In this document: piece by piece, positions 14,538-26,143 of the stretch | How the letters are laid out: each line of letters starts with the position of its first letter | How positions within the stretch are numbered: the stretch's first letter is position 1 | Source of the DNA: the human T2T-CHM13v2.0 reference genome, Homo sapiens | Direction: 5' to 3' (one strand) | DNA length: 64,000 bases | NCBI RefSeq assembly: GCF_009914755.1 | Contig: NC_060931.1 | The notes under the pieces: generated by a model | Told to the model about the DNA's origin: nothing | The model's database searches: none | Seen by the model: the letters and a program-made list of their open reading frames with translations, nothing else | Program-made: the position numbers and the translations under genes

Positions 14538-15239
14538 TCAGTCATGATCTGAAGAAACTACTGCCCCTAGTAAGATCTAGAAATCAGTGGTCTACATGAT
14601 GATGGTTTTAAGCACAACTTTAGTTAATCAGAATCTCCTCCATATATTTTGCATTAAGCAAAACTGTGCTTTCCAACAGTTAAGAAAAAATTAGAAAACT
14701 TAATTACAATGAAAATGTCTAACATCTGTTTGTCAGTTGCAGTTTAGAGAGCCCTTTCACATATTAAGCAAAAATGATCTAGGGGTGCCTTTGAGGCAGA
14801 TATGGGTCTTATTTTCCCATGAGGCTCAGGGGCACATGACTGGGATACAGCAAGGCCTGGAGGAGAGCTGGGTTTCTCTGACTCCAAGCTCAGGCTCGAA
14901 GATGTTAAGCACATTCAACGAAGAGGATGCACTAGCACACAGGAGGAAATGCCTTAGAAATCACAAGAGCATCAAGGACAAAACGATTTATTTTAAAGTG
15001 AATACAGTATATGAAAACAGGAGAGCATGGAAAGTATATATCACCATCCCAAAGCGGAATATAATTAGGCTTCTAAACAGAGAAATACACTAAGTAAATG
15101 TTCACATATTTTAAATATGTATATATGTACAGATATTAAATTAGGCAATACTTAATACAACTACTCAACGTAAGTGTTTTGAAGACAATAAATTCTAATT
15201 TCCCTTAAAAGTCTTATCCTCACATAATATGAATACAAA

Positions 15240-15869
15240 TGTTACCAGAAAACGGTCCTGATCCAGACTACAAGACAGAGTTCTTAGATCTTGCAAAAGA
15301 AAGAATTCCGGGCGAGTCCAAAGCAAGTTCATTCAGTAAAGGAATAAAGAATGGCTACTCCATAGGTAGAACAGTTTGGGCTGCTGGACTAAGGATACTT
15401 ATAGTATTCTCATACTTATGGTTATTTTTTGATTATATGCTAAACAAGGGGTGGATTATTCATGAGTTTTCTGGAAAAGGGGGGGACAATTCCTGGAACT
15501 GAGGGTTCCTCCCCTTTTTAGACCATATAGCCTAACTTCCTGACATTGCCATGGCATTTGTAAACTGTCATGGCACTGGTGGATATGTCTTTTAGCATGC
15601 TAATGTATTACAGTTAGTGTATAATGAGCAGTGAGGATGACAGAGGTCACTTTCATCGCCATCTTGGTTTCAGTGGGTTTTGGCTGGCTTCTTTACCGCA
15701 TGCTGTTTTATCAGCAGGGTCTTTGTGACCTGTACCTTTTGCTGACCTCCCATCTTATCCTGTGACTTAGGATGCCTAACCTTCTGGTAATGCAGCCTGG
15801 TAGGTCTCAGCCTTATTTTACTCAGCCTCCATTCGAAATGGATTTGCTCTGATTCGAATGACTTTGACG
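15240..15869 (-). mobile_element. MER41B-like solo LTR
   Basis: Runs tgttacc..tgac with 4-bp TSD caaa; MER41 motifs ggtggattattcatg and cgccatcttggttt. Confidence 0.82.
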
Positions 15870-17825
15870 CAAACATTTCAAAATCAAACAGTAATCTACA
15901 TTAGTAATTTTCATAAAGTAACTTTCTTCTTATTAAAAAAGTGCATTTTATTGTTTTAAGAACAAATGGCTAGATAAGATACACAACCAAGATAATATGA
16001 TCTGCTTCTGAGCATGCATAGGGAAGCTGTAAAACTTTAGTAAACCTAATGGAAAAAGTGTAGAATCTGCATCTCTCCACTAGAGTAAAAAGAGAACCAC
16101 ACACACCTACAACACACGTCCAGGCCCCATCATATTCAGCAAGAGATTTAACAAGTTCATTAACTGATAACCCATTCCAATGGTAAGATATGCATTCCCC
16201 TCAAATTGCAAGCTTCCCCTGGGTATCACAAATCTTGCTTATCTTTTAAGTGACTAAGAAAACTGTGACAGTTTTTTACTATTTTACTGTGTTGTTATAT
16301 CATTGCCAAGCCAACCAACACAAAAAAATTCAATTAAATAGTTTTCAAAAATAATCATATAAAAAAACCCCAGAGACTGACAGGTTGACCATAAAGATAT
16401 AAAAGAGTGATTCCCCCAAATGACCAGAAGCCAGTAAAGCTCTTGTCAAAAGAGCTCTAGGGTCATGGGACACATGAGGTCAACTTCCCACTAATGTGCC
16501 TTTGACAGATGCCTTAGACTTTAGATCTGAAACCTACAATTTTACACGGATGTAATTAACAAAGACAAGAGAACTCAACTTCAATCCCAAACTTCACCTG
16601 CTGAACTCAATAATTACATTGGGCCATTCACCTGGCCCTATTTTAGTTTTCTCACCAAGAAAATTCTAAGAGGGTAACCTTTAAGTTCTACATTTTTATA
16701 ACATTCCCATGGATATGAAAGATGAGAAAAGAGTGAGAAATAAGGTCTCATTTTCAAAAAACAACAACAACTTTTTAAACTTAGCGGAAAACAATTACAT
16801 AAGAACTTTATGATTAATATGAAAACCCGCAGAAAAAGATTCTGCTGTTGACAACTCCAACACTGAAAAGCTATATTATAAAAAGTAGTAATTACTGTTA
16901 GGAAATAGGAAAAGTATTTGCCCAAAGGGCAGAGTAGTAGCACTTTGGACAAATTTTAGTATTAAAAATATTAATAAAGCCTCGCTCTTCTCAATTACAA
17001 CAATCTCCCTAAACTAATAATTTGTCTAGGTAACAAGTTTTCAAAAGTAACTGGTCAAGTGACTTATAAACTGTGTTTACAATTAGTGCTACTGTAAACT
17101 AGTAGATAAAATCACACGTTTTCATGATCAGTACAATAAACCATACTAGAACTTCTGTAAGTGGTCTTGGTGACAGCTACGCTATTATGTTAACAATTGC
17201 TGCTTTAATAAAGTTAAAATTACAAAATGCCATCCAAACATTCTTTATGTGATAGTGATCGTGCTGAAAAACACACCTGACAATCAGCCACAAATATGGA
17301 GAAAGATGCCAGAAAAACACAAACAGCTATTAAGAGCTCTCAGGAAAAAAATAATAGTGAGAATGCTGAGAAAATAGAAAGCAGTATTAAAGCACAAAAT
17401 CAAGCTACAATAGTTGTAGATTTATGTATTCTGAAAATAAATTATTCTGCTTTTTAAATGTATTTATATTCAGTGATTCTTGACTGAATTATGAAAGGTC
17501 CTCCATGGAGAACTGATCTTCCCTATGAAATGAAACTGCCCTTTATGAGATTAAACAACATCTAGACCCAGATATAGACGTAATTTTTACTAGCTTTGAT
17601 GACTAGTAACCATTATAACTAAACAGTTCTAACAGTAACTAAATAAAACTAGCAGCCTCTTCCCCTGGAAGAGTAATGTCTCAATGGTTTGGCTGAAGTA
17701 CAAGCTGATGGCAAAAGAACTAGCAAAACAGGAATTTAGGATTAAACATATGAATAATAAAGCCTAAAGCTACCCCATTTGGAACTATGTACACAGGTTT
17801 ATGGTCTCTATGACAATGTAGATTT

Positions 17826-18148
17826 AGTCAGTCCTCCATATCTGTCAGTTCCACATCTGCAGATTCAACCAACCTCAGATTGAAAATAGTAGGCGGAAAA
17901 AAAATCCATCTGTACTGAACACATGCAGATATTATTCCCTAAACAATACAGTGTAACAAATATATAAGTAACATTTACATTCTATTAGGTATTCTAAGTA
18001 ATCTAGGCATGATTTAAAGTATCCAGGAGTATGTGTGTATGTTATAGGCTAATACTATGCCATTTTATACTAGGGACTTGAGAATCTGCAGATTTTGATA
18101 TCGGAGGGAGGTCCTTGAACCAATCCCTCGGGGTTACTAAGTAACAAC
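17826..18148. mobile_element. MER2 (Tigger-type DNA transposon)
   Basis: ttccacatctgcagattcaaccaacc..ggaggtccttgaaccaatccc termini. Confidence 0.75.
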
Positions 18149-18904
18149 TTGCCTCATTAGCATGAACTTTAAGAAACATTAATATACCTAACACACTCAT
18201 TAAGAGAAATTAATACAGCCTAATAGGATAAGTATTTACAATGCATAACAGCCACGGTTCAAATATTAGCAACATCCAAATACCCATATGTACATAAATA
18301 AAACTGTATGTGCTTTCAGTATTGATGCCATATTATTGGCCAAAAATCAATCACAAATAGATAACATATGCTTATATTTACATAAACTAAACTTATCAAA
18401 TTTGTTATTTGGATGCTAATGAGCATCACATATTCAGAAAACTTCTAACTGTATCTGTTAATAATAAAATATGTTTAGGTGATTATAAACATTCTTTAGA
18501 GTTAGCCAGAAGTCTATCTTAGAAAGAAAAAAAAATGGCTGTAAACATTAAAGAAATTCTTTAAAATCCCAAATTCCCATTGGCATAACCTCTATGAATT
18601 AACATAAACACACTCTCACAGCTGGTGCTCAGTTGGGTCTATGTGTCTGTTTGAAAGCAAGCACACCAAGATGGCCTGTGTCCCTGTGCCTCATGCTTCC
18701 TTAGCTTTTCTTGGCCCTTATGCCACCCCTAATATGCTCTTTCTACTTGTTGTTCCTGTATCTCTAAGTATGACCCTCTTTTCCTTCTTTTTCCTGGGGA
18801 AGGAAGAAACAAGAAAACTAACATTTATTGAGCACAAAATGTTAGGGTTTCTCAGAATTGGACTCTAGGGTTTCATTTCTTTTGCTGTACTGTCCCCTTA
18901 GAGG

Positions 18905-19170
18905 AGATGAAATATAGCATACTAGTTAAGAGCATGAACTTAGGAAACACATTGCCTGGGTCAAATCCTGGCCCTTCTACATTCTAGGGGTGACCTTGGA
19001 CAAGTTACTTAATATCTTTGTGCCTCAGATTCCCCCCACGTGGTAAAACAAGCACAGTAATCATAGTGTCATGGTGAGGACTGAGTAAACAGTTAAATGA
19101 GTTCATCTAAAGCACTTCCAACAAAGCCTGGCAAAGAGTAAGCCCCCTATCAGTATAAGATGCTATTGTT
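18905..19170 (+). mobile_element. MIR
   Basis: gtgaccttggacaagttacttaa..tgtgcctcag core. Confidence 0.7.
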
Positions 19171-19249
19171 CCCCTAAGTATGGAAATAGAAGTTCAATGG
19201 GAATACAAATTCAATTACCATTAATGTGAAAACCACCTATTTGCTGATG

Positions 19250-20165
19250 ACTCCCTGTAGTACATCTCCACTCAGACCTTTTCTCTCATATCCCACCACT
19301 GATTGGCATTTCTACTTGGACATCTCACAAATGTCCCAAAAGTAACATGTCCAAGACGAAATTCTTGACCTTTTCCTTCAAACCCATTCCCTCATCCATA
19401 CCCCTAGTCTTCACTATCTTGGTGAATGCCAGCATTATTTACCCAATTAGAGAAGCCAAAAATGTACAAAGTATTCATAACTCCTTCCTTTCCCTCAATC
19501 CAAGCCCAATTCATAAGTCCTATCATTTTCACCTCCAAAATACAACTCAAATTGACCAATTTCTCTCCATCTCCACAGCCACCGCCTTCATCTAGGCCAG
19601 CAACCCTCTTGCTAGGTCCGTGAACAGCCTCCTCATGGGTCTCTCCACTTTTGTCCTTGTAGTGCAACCACCCATTTTCCCAAGAGCAGATTTCTCAAAG
19701 TAAAAATTTAATCATGTCACTCTCCTCCTGTTGAGCATTCCTCAATGGCTTCCTGTTGCACTGAGAATAAAACCCAAGCTCCTTTTCAAGATCTGGCCCA
19801 TGCCCATCTCACTTTGATGCACCTCCACCCTCTCTTCTTTCAACATGCTAAGCTCTGTCATACTCTTCTGTTCGGCTGACATCTTTTCTTTCTATCGGTC
19901 TCAGCTTCAAGGCTACCTCCCCAGAGACCTTTCCTGACCCTACTTAAAGAGGGTATTTCCTTTTTTTTCTATCTCAGCTTGTTTCTTTCCTGCAGTGCAC
20001 TCATTCACAATGTGCAATTATTTTCATTTATTTACCATCCCCCCTTCCAGAATGTAAGTTCCATGAAGGTAGGGGTGACAGAGTCTCATTCTACATTTTA
20101 CCCCACCAACTAGCATCTGGCTTAGTAGACGCTCAATGATATGGTATGACTGACTATGAATGAAC
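19250..20165 (+). mobile_element. L2 3' region
   Basis: catgtccaa, atcatgtcactc, ctcaatggcttcc, agaatgtaagttccatga and the tgaatgaa end. Confidence 0.7.
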
Positions 20166-20484
20166 TTACTGTGCTATTTTACATGTATTATCTCATTTAT
20201 TTTTTACCATAATCAGACAAAGCATTTATTATTCCCATTTTAAGGGTGAGAAATATTAAAGGAGTGTAGAACAGCTCGAATGCAGAAACAGGATTCAAAT
20301 GCAGGCCAGTGTTGATATGGCTATGCTGCTTCTACCACACCACATTGCTCCCCCCATCTAGTCCCCAACAGCTAGATTCAACTCTCTGCCTCCACCCAGT
20401 TTCTGACCACTTCTGCCTCTAAGAAGTCGCAAGTGTTTCCTACCATATGGGCTTCAAGGTTCTCGTAAGCTGTAGAGAATAAAA

Positions 20485-20695
20485 GCTGTGGTCCCAAATG
20501 ACACAATTTTGCCTCCCAGGGTACAATGGCCAAAATCTGGAGACATTTTCGTTGTCACTACTGGGGAGATACCAGTGGCATCTAGTAGGTGGAGGCCAAG
20601 GATGCTGCTAAAATCCTGCAGTGCACAGGAAAGCCCCCTCAACAAAAAAATTATCCCACCCAAAATGCCACAATGCTGAGGTTGCAAAGCCTTGT
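20485..20695. mobile_element. MER20 (hAT)
   Basis: tctggagacatttt..ggcatctagtaggtggaggccaaggatgctgctaaa. Confidence 0.8.
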
Positions 20696-23600
20696 CAATA
20701 AGGAACCAGGTTATAGCAGGTGTACCCTTGCCATTGACCACAGGAACCAGGTGGGCAATGGGAATGAGTCAAACAGGATTAATGCAAAGGGGGGAAAAGG
20801 TAGTTTTTATCATCCACTTTTCCCATACTCAGGTTCTTGTTTTATTGTTGTGTATATAGTATCTCATGTTAGTCTTTCACCACAGACATGCTTTGTTTGC
20901 ATGTCTAATGGGTGTATCTTTTACTACCACAATTGTTTCCATGACGGAGCACTGGCATACATAAATAGACCAACAGACATATAGACTTATGCATATATGT
21001 ACTGAGTTGCATTGTGGAAGTGTGAACAGGTTTAATATAAAATGTATTGTTACAATGTCAGCTGTGGTCAAAAAAGTTTGGGAAACATTGTCAAGGTTCT
21101 TACTATGTCACAGCCACCTCTGCATGAGGAAGCTATCAGGTTGAAACTTCTAAAAATAAACATGTCAAGAACCCCTCTTTACAAATATTAGCACTAAATA
21201 AGTAGCAAATAATGCCCCACAATAAGAAAAACATATATTTATGAAAAGAGACTTTTCAACAATGCTTAACCCTGCCCAACAGTGGAAAGACCATGTTGGA
21301 AGGCAGTGAGTTCCTCATCAGTGATTAGAACCTATGGAGGAAAGCCCCAGACAGTTTCTAACTCTTGAAAATGTGTGTTTCTATCACGGAGCTTTAAGTT
21401 ACAAAATTACTTTCTAAATAGAAATGAATCCATTTCTGTCTAGCTTAATATTTAGTTGTTATAATTGTTCTTTTTTTGATCAGTTACAAATGAACTCTTG
21501 ATGAACAAAAGAATATGCAATGCAATGTGGAAAACCAAACAGCTATTTTAAAGTCCCACATTGAAATACTGTATAATGTCAGCTCAACTCTCACTCATTC
21601 TGGGAGGGGGGAAGAAAACAGGAAATAAGGCAGCTTTCAAAAATGTCTAAACTCTGCTCCTCTCTGCAGGATCTGAGTGGTTTTTTGACGCTGTGGCAGG
21701 GCATAATCGTGGGGAAGAAATAGGTCTGACATCAGTTTATGACGGTACAGAGCCAGAGAAAGAAGCAACCCAGGTCCAATCATTCAGCAGAATCATCTCT
21801 CAAGGTGCCCTGGGGCCTCATGCAGAGGGTTAACAAGGACAGAAAGTCTCTAGACCTGGGTCTGTTCATCCAACTTCCATATATCTGATGGCCATGGTCC
21901 AGGGTACACCCAAAAATACAATCTACCACATTCACTGTACCTCCTTTCAATGCTCAAAGGGGCAAGTCAAGCAACGTGCTATACTGTTACATTAATACAA
22001 AACTGTATTTAGGTATGGGAATTACTAAATCCAAAGGTAAGTCATCCAAATATAAGTCATGCATCCATCCAAAGAAGATTCAAAGGAAACGCAATCAAAA
22101 AAGAAAATATGCAGAAAATAGCAATAAATATCATTATTCTAAGATTTGTTATTGTAACATCCCTGAAGAAGCAATGCCATTCTATATTTTACTACAAAGT
22201 GGTTAATGTTTAGTCATTCAATAAAAATGCAACTCCATTCTGTCATCAGATCTCAAATCAGCATCACACACTTTCTTTTATTACAACAACTACAATGTGT
22301 CAAGTGCTCTAAACACAAAGTATCTTCCCATGTATCACCCACACCTTTTAGTTATGATCCTTAACAGATCCTGTGGATCCCTGTGGAGTAAATTCGCCAT
22401 GTGATAACCCCCCACTAGCAGAGAACGAAAGACTCACAAAGGAACCTGAAACTTAAACCAAACTGAACCGCTGTGTACTAGATCTGAAGGCTCTGCCTCA
22501 TCCACTGTATCGTGCTGCCTCCCCAAGGTGAGCTTTTCTAACCTGCATACTAGCCAGCTTTTCAAGCTTGCTACTGAGATAAAAAAAAAGGGGGCGGGGG
22601 GAAATGTGCTGGAAACAGACAAACAAACAAACAAAGAAAAACAAACTTGGTTTTTCTAGGCTTGAATCGGCAATGGGGGGAAAAAAAGTACCCTAGGAAC
22701 AACCTTCTTGAGCCCATTAAAACATACAGAGATGACTGGCTTTTTATGACTGAGTGGCTTTTATTTGTGGCTGTGATCTCAGGGGAAGCCAATTTGCTGT
22801 GTCCTATTCCTTGACTTATACTGGACCCCAACTCCTGGCTAAGGGAACTTTGAGTCACCAAGGGAATCTGAAAATATACTAAGGGATAAATCAACAGTAA
22901 TTAAATAGTTCAGTAGCGAAAAGCCCACTGAGGCATATAGAAAAAAGCAATGTAACAGCATTTCACTAGTTGACTTAGAAAAATTAGGCCTGTTATCCAA
23001 ACTGCTACAACTTGCCTTATCAAAATTCAACCAGGAAACAGAGGAAACCTGAAGTCAGTCCGAAACATACGAATGCGTCAACTTTGTTTTTTTTTTTCAG
23101 CACATCATTACACATCATCCATTTGGTAAATGGCAGAGGGAGGGGAGGAGAGCCCTCCTCACCAAAGGTTCCAAGGGCAGCAGGGAGGATTAAGGCTCGG
23201 GCGCCCCAAACACAACACAACCTAGAAAGTGACGTGTCGAGGGGAATCACAAATAAAGTGCCACCAGCGGCGTTTGCGGCCAGGAAGAAAAAAGTACGCT
23301 AAAATTTAATTATAAGTTTAAGCAACTCTCTACGACATGGAACGTGCGTTTGCTTTGAGCTCCACGGAATCGTTTCCAAGCCAAAGCAAACCATCCTGGC
23401 GGTCAGAGGCCGAGATAACGGGAAGGCGGCCAGTCGTACCAATCAGCAGCGCTCAAGTCTCGTTAGCGCAGACCTGCTGCCCGCGGCCAGGCCGGGCAGC
23501 TGTTGATCCCCGGGCCATTCTTTTAAAGCCCAGGCAGAGCGCGGGTGGGAAGCGTGCGAGGAGAGCTGAGCCAGGGAGTTGCGGGGAGGAGAAGGTAAGA

Positions 23601-23769
23601 ATGTCCCAGAGAAAAAGTCGGAGAGGGCTGCAAACTGGCTGGTCCGGCTGGCGGGGCTCGGCGCGGCGGAAGCGGGAGGAGAGGGGAAGGAAGGGGAGGG
23701 GAGGGGAGGGGAGGGGGCCAGCGCCTCAAAGTTCCGCGTCCCGGCGGCGCCGGCGCTAGGGCTGCTCAC

Positions 23770-24067
23770 CTAACAGGAGCGTGGTCCAGGTCCGGCCGCG
23801 CCCCGCGCGCCGCAGGCCCAGCGCCCAGCGCAGCCGGGCGGCCAGGCGCCCCCCAAGGCCGCCCCCGGCGGGCGGCGCGCCGGGCTCGGCGCGGGGCCCC
23901 TTCCTGCCCGCGGCGCCCTTGCGCCCCGGGGACAGGGGCGCGCGCTCGGGCCCCGGCTCCCCGGCGCCGACGTCCGACGCCCCCCTCAGCGGCGACTGTG
24001 AGGCGCGGGGTGGCTGGGGCGGCTTGGGAGCCGCCTCCCGGTGCTTGTTCCGCGCCTGCAGGACCAT
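23770..24067 (-). CDS. DPY19L1: DPY19L1 first coding exon 1b (long N-terminus, MVLQARNKHRE...GRTWTTLLL)
   Basis: Strong Kozak gccaagATGg; 298 nt = 99 codons + 1. Donor TTAG|gtgagc is phase 1 and joins exon 2 in frame. Confidence 0.9.
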
Positions 24068-24490
24068 CTTGGCATAGTCGCGCCCGCTCGCTGCGCGCGC
24101 CCGGACGGCGGCCAGAGAACGGCGGGCTGGCTGGGCGGCTGGGCGCAGCTCACTCTCCAGCGGGCGGGCGGGCGGAGGGTGGAGGGCGGGCTCGTCCCTC
24201 CCCGCGGGCCGGGAGGCGGGGAGATCGTGGAGGCCGGGCGGCTGCTGCCTGGCTGGCAGTACCGCCGGGAGGCGGCGCCGGACTTGCTAGCCCGCCGCCG
24301 TTGCCGCCGCTCCGGTTGTCACGGCGACCGCGGAACGCCGGGGGGCGGGGGCGGGGACACCCTGCGAGCGGCCGCGGCCCCGCCCCCGCCGCCCCTCTGC
24401 GCCGGACGCGCGCTCCAGGCCGGCCAGCGCGCACGCGCGGACTTCCGGCGCAGGCGGGGCCCGACCCCTCTGGCGCCCGGCTACCCACAC

Positions 24491-24569
24491 CTCTTCGGCG
24501 CCCGCGCGGGGCTCGGCCGGTGCGAGGACGCGGGGGCGGACGGCCTTCCGGAGGCGGCCGCCCTTCCAT
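24491..24569 (-). CDS. DPY19L1: DPY19L1 alternative first coding exon 1a (MEGRPPPEGRPPPRPRTGRAPRGRRR)
   Basis: 79 nt = 26 codons + 1; donor AGAG|gtgtgg is phase 1. Matches the recalled N-terminus of the shorter annotated protein (..RGRRRAVFAAVLHW..). Confidence 0.85.
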
Positions 24570-25732
24570 TGTGGGAGTGATGGGGCCGAAGGAAGAGCCC
24601 TCTCGGGATCGGGGCGCTGATTCAAGTTTCGGAGCCTGTTAAGGCTGCGCTTGGAGCCCGCGCAGGCGAGACGCGGCGGGGCAGGGAGAAGGCGCCCGGA
24701 GCGGCCACTTAGGGGCGCTGTGCGTGCGCCCTGGGCGCCTGGTCGGCCCCACCGATGTGAAGCGCGCGGGTGGCAATCAAGTCACCGTCTCCGTTTACTC
24801 CCCGCAGTGTGGTCGCGCAACTTGGAGCGCAGCCCCTCACTCACCGACAAGAAGAACGGGTGCGACCCGATTTAAGATAGTAACAGAGTATTAAAATAGC
24901 AGCCTGGAATCTCATGGGGAGCTGATAAGGGACGAGGCACAAGTGTAAACTGAAGACCAGGGTAGGAGCCAGGCTGAAGGTGATAGGATGGATTGGCTGG
25001 AGCAGGAAAGATCATCAATAAGTACATTCAGTTTGTTACACTTGCTGTAACCTTGTTGCTTAATAGGAAGCAGGAAAACTTGGCGTTGATAAGATAGGAG
25101 ATTTTAGTCGAAAATATGTTTTCTTTTACATAGCAGAATGCACGAGTAAATTAAACCCGGGAAAATTTAGAAACCCAGGTAGATCCCAATTCTCCCTCCA
25201 CCCCTGCATTCTTTGCACACAGTCTTACAACAGCATGGATTACAACTGGGAGGTTCCTTTCCTGGCCGTGCCCAGTGGCTTGTTCCAAAAAGTTGTCTTT
25301 AAGTCCCAATGTTGTAAATCAAGGCCCATCGTTCTGCTTATCTCTATTGTAATTCCAGGGACTTCACGTGGCTTTCTCGCTCTTTGTTTCTTTGCCCAGT
25401 GATTTCTTTACTAATACCAGCATTCGTTCATTGTTAGCCTTTTTAAGAGACAGTGGATTATTTTGTAAAGGGAGGGTGTTTGCCATGCTAATTAATACTC
25501 CCTCATACCCTGTCTAGTTTATGAATTTGGATTTTCCAATGTCTTTATTGGAGCAAAGAACAACTATTTTTATACACTGGTTTAAAAAATAATGGTTGAA
25601 AGTAGGATGCAGAAGGCTTGGATTCTGAAACATTGTGTCAGCTGAACTCAATGCTACCTCTGGGATTAATGTTGAATGTATTCAGTTAAAAGAAAGCTAA
25701 TTCAATGCCTATTAAAGATAATACGAATAACT

Positions 25733-26143
<411 letters not shown>

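Larger units (their letters stand above)
23230..24870. promoter_or_regulatory. CpG island / DPY19L1 promoter
   Basis: Very high GC and CpG density. GC boxes at 24341-24356 and 24378-24388, NRF1-like CGCGCACGCGCG at 24428-24439, ETS ACTTCCGG at 24441-24448, X-box-like GTTGTCACGGCGAC at 24315-24328. Confidence 0.92.

Noticed and set aside
23337-24875. Several GC-rich ORFs on both strands (e.g. 23998-24642 +)
   Set aside because: Expected stop depletion in a CpG island; low-complexity R/G/P/A peptides, mostly non-ATG starts. Only the spliceable 1a/1b segments are supported.
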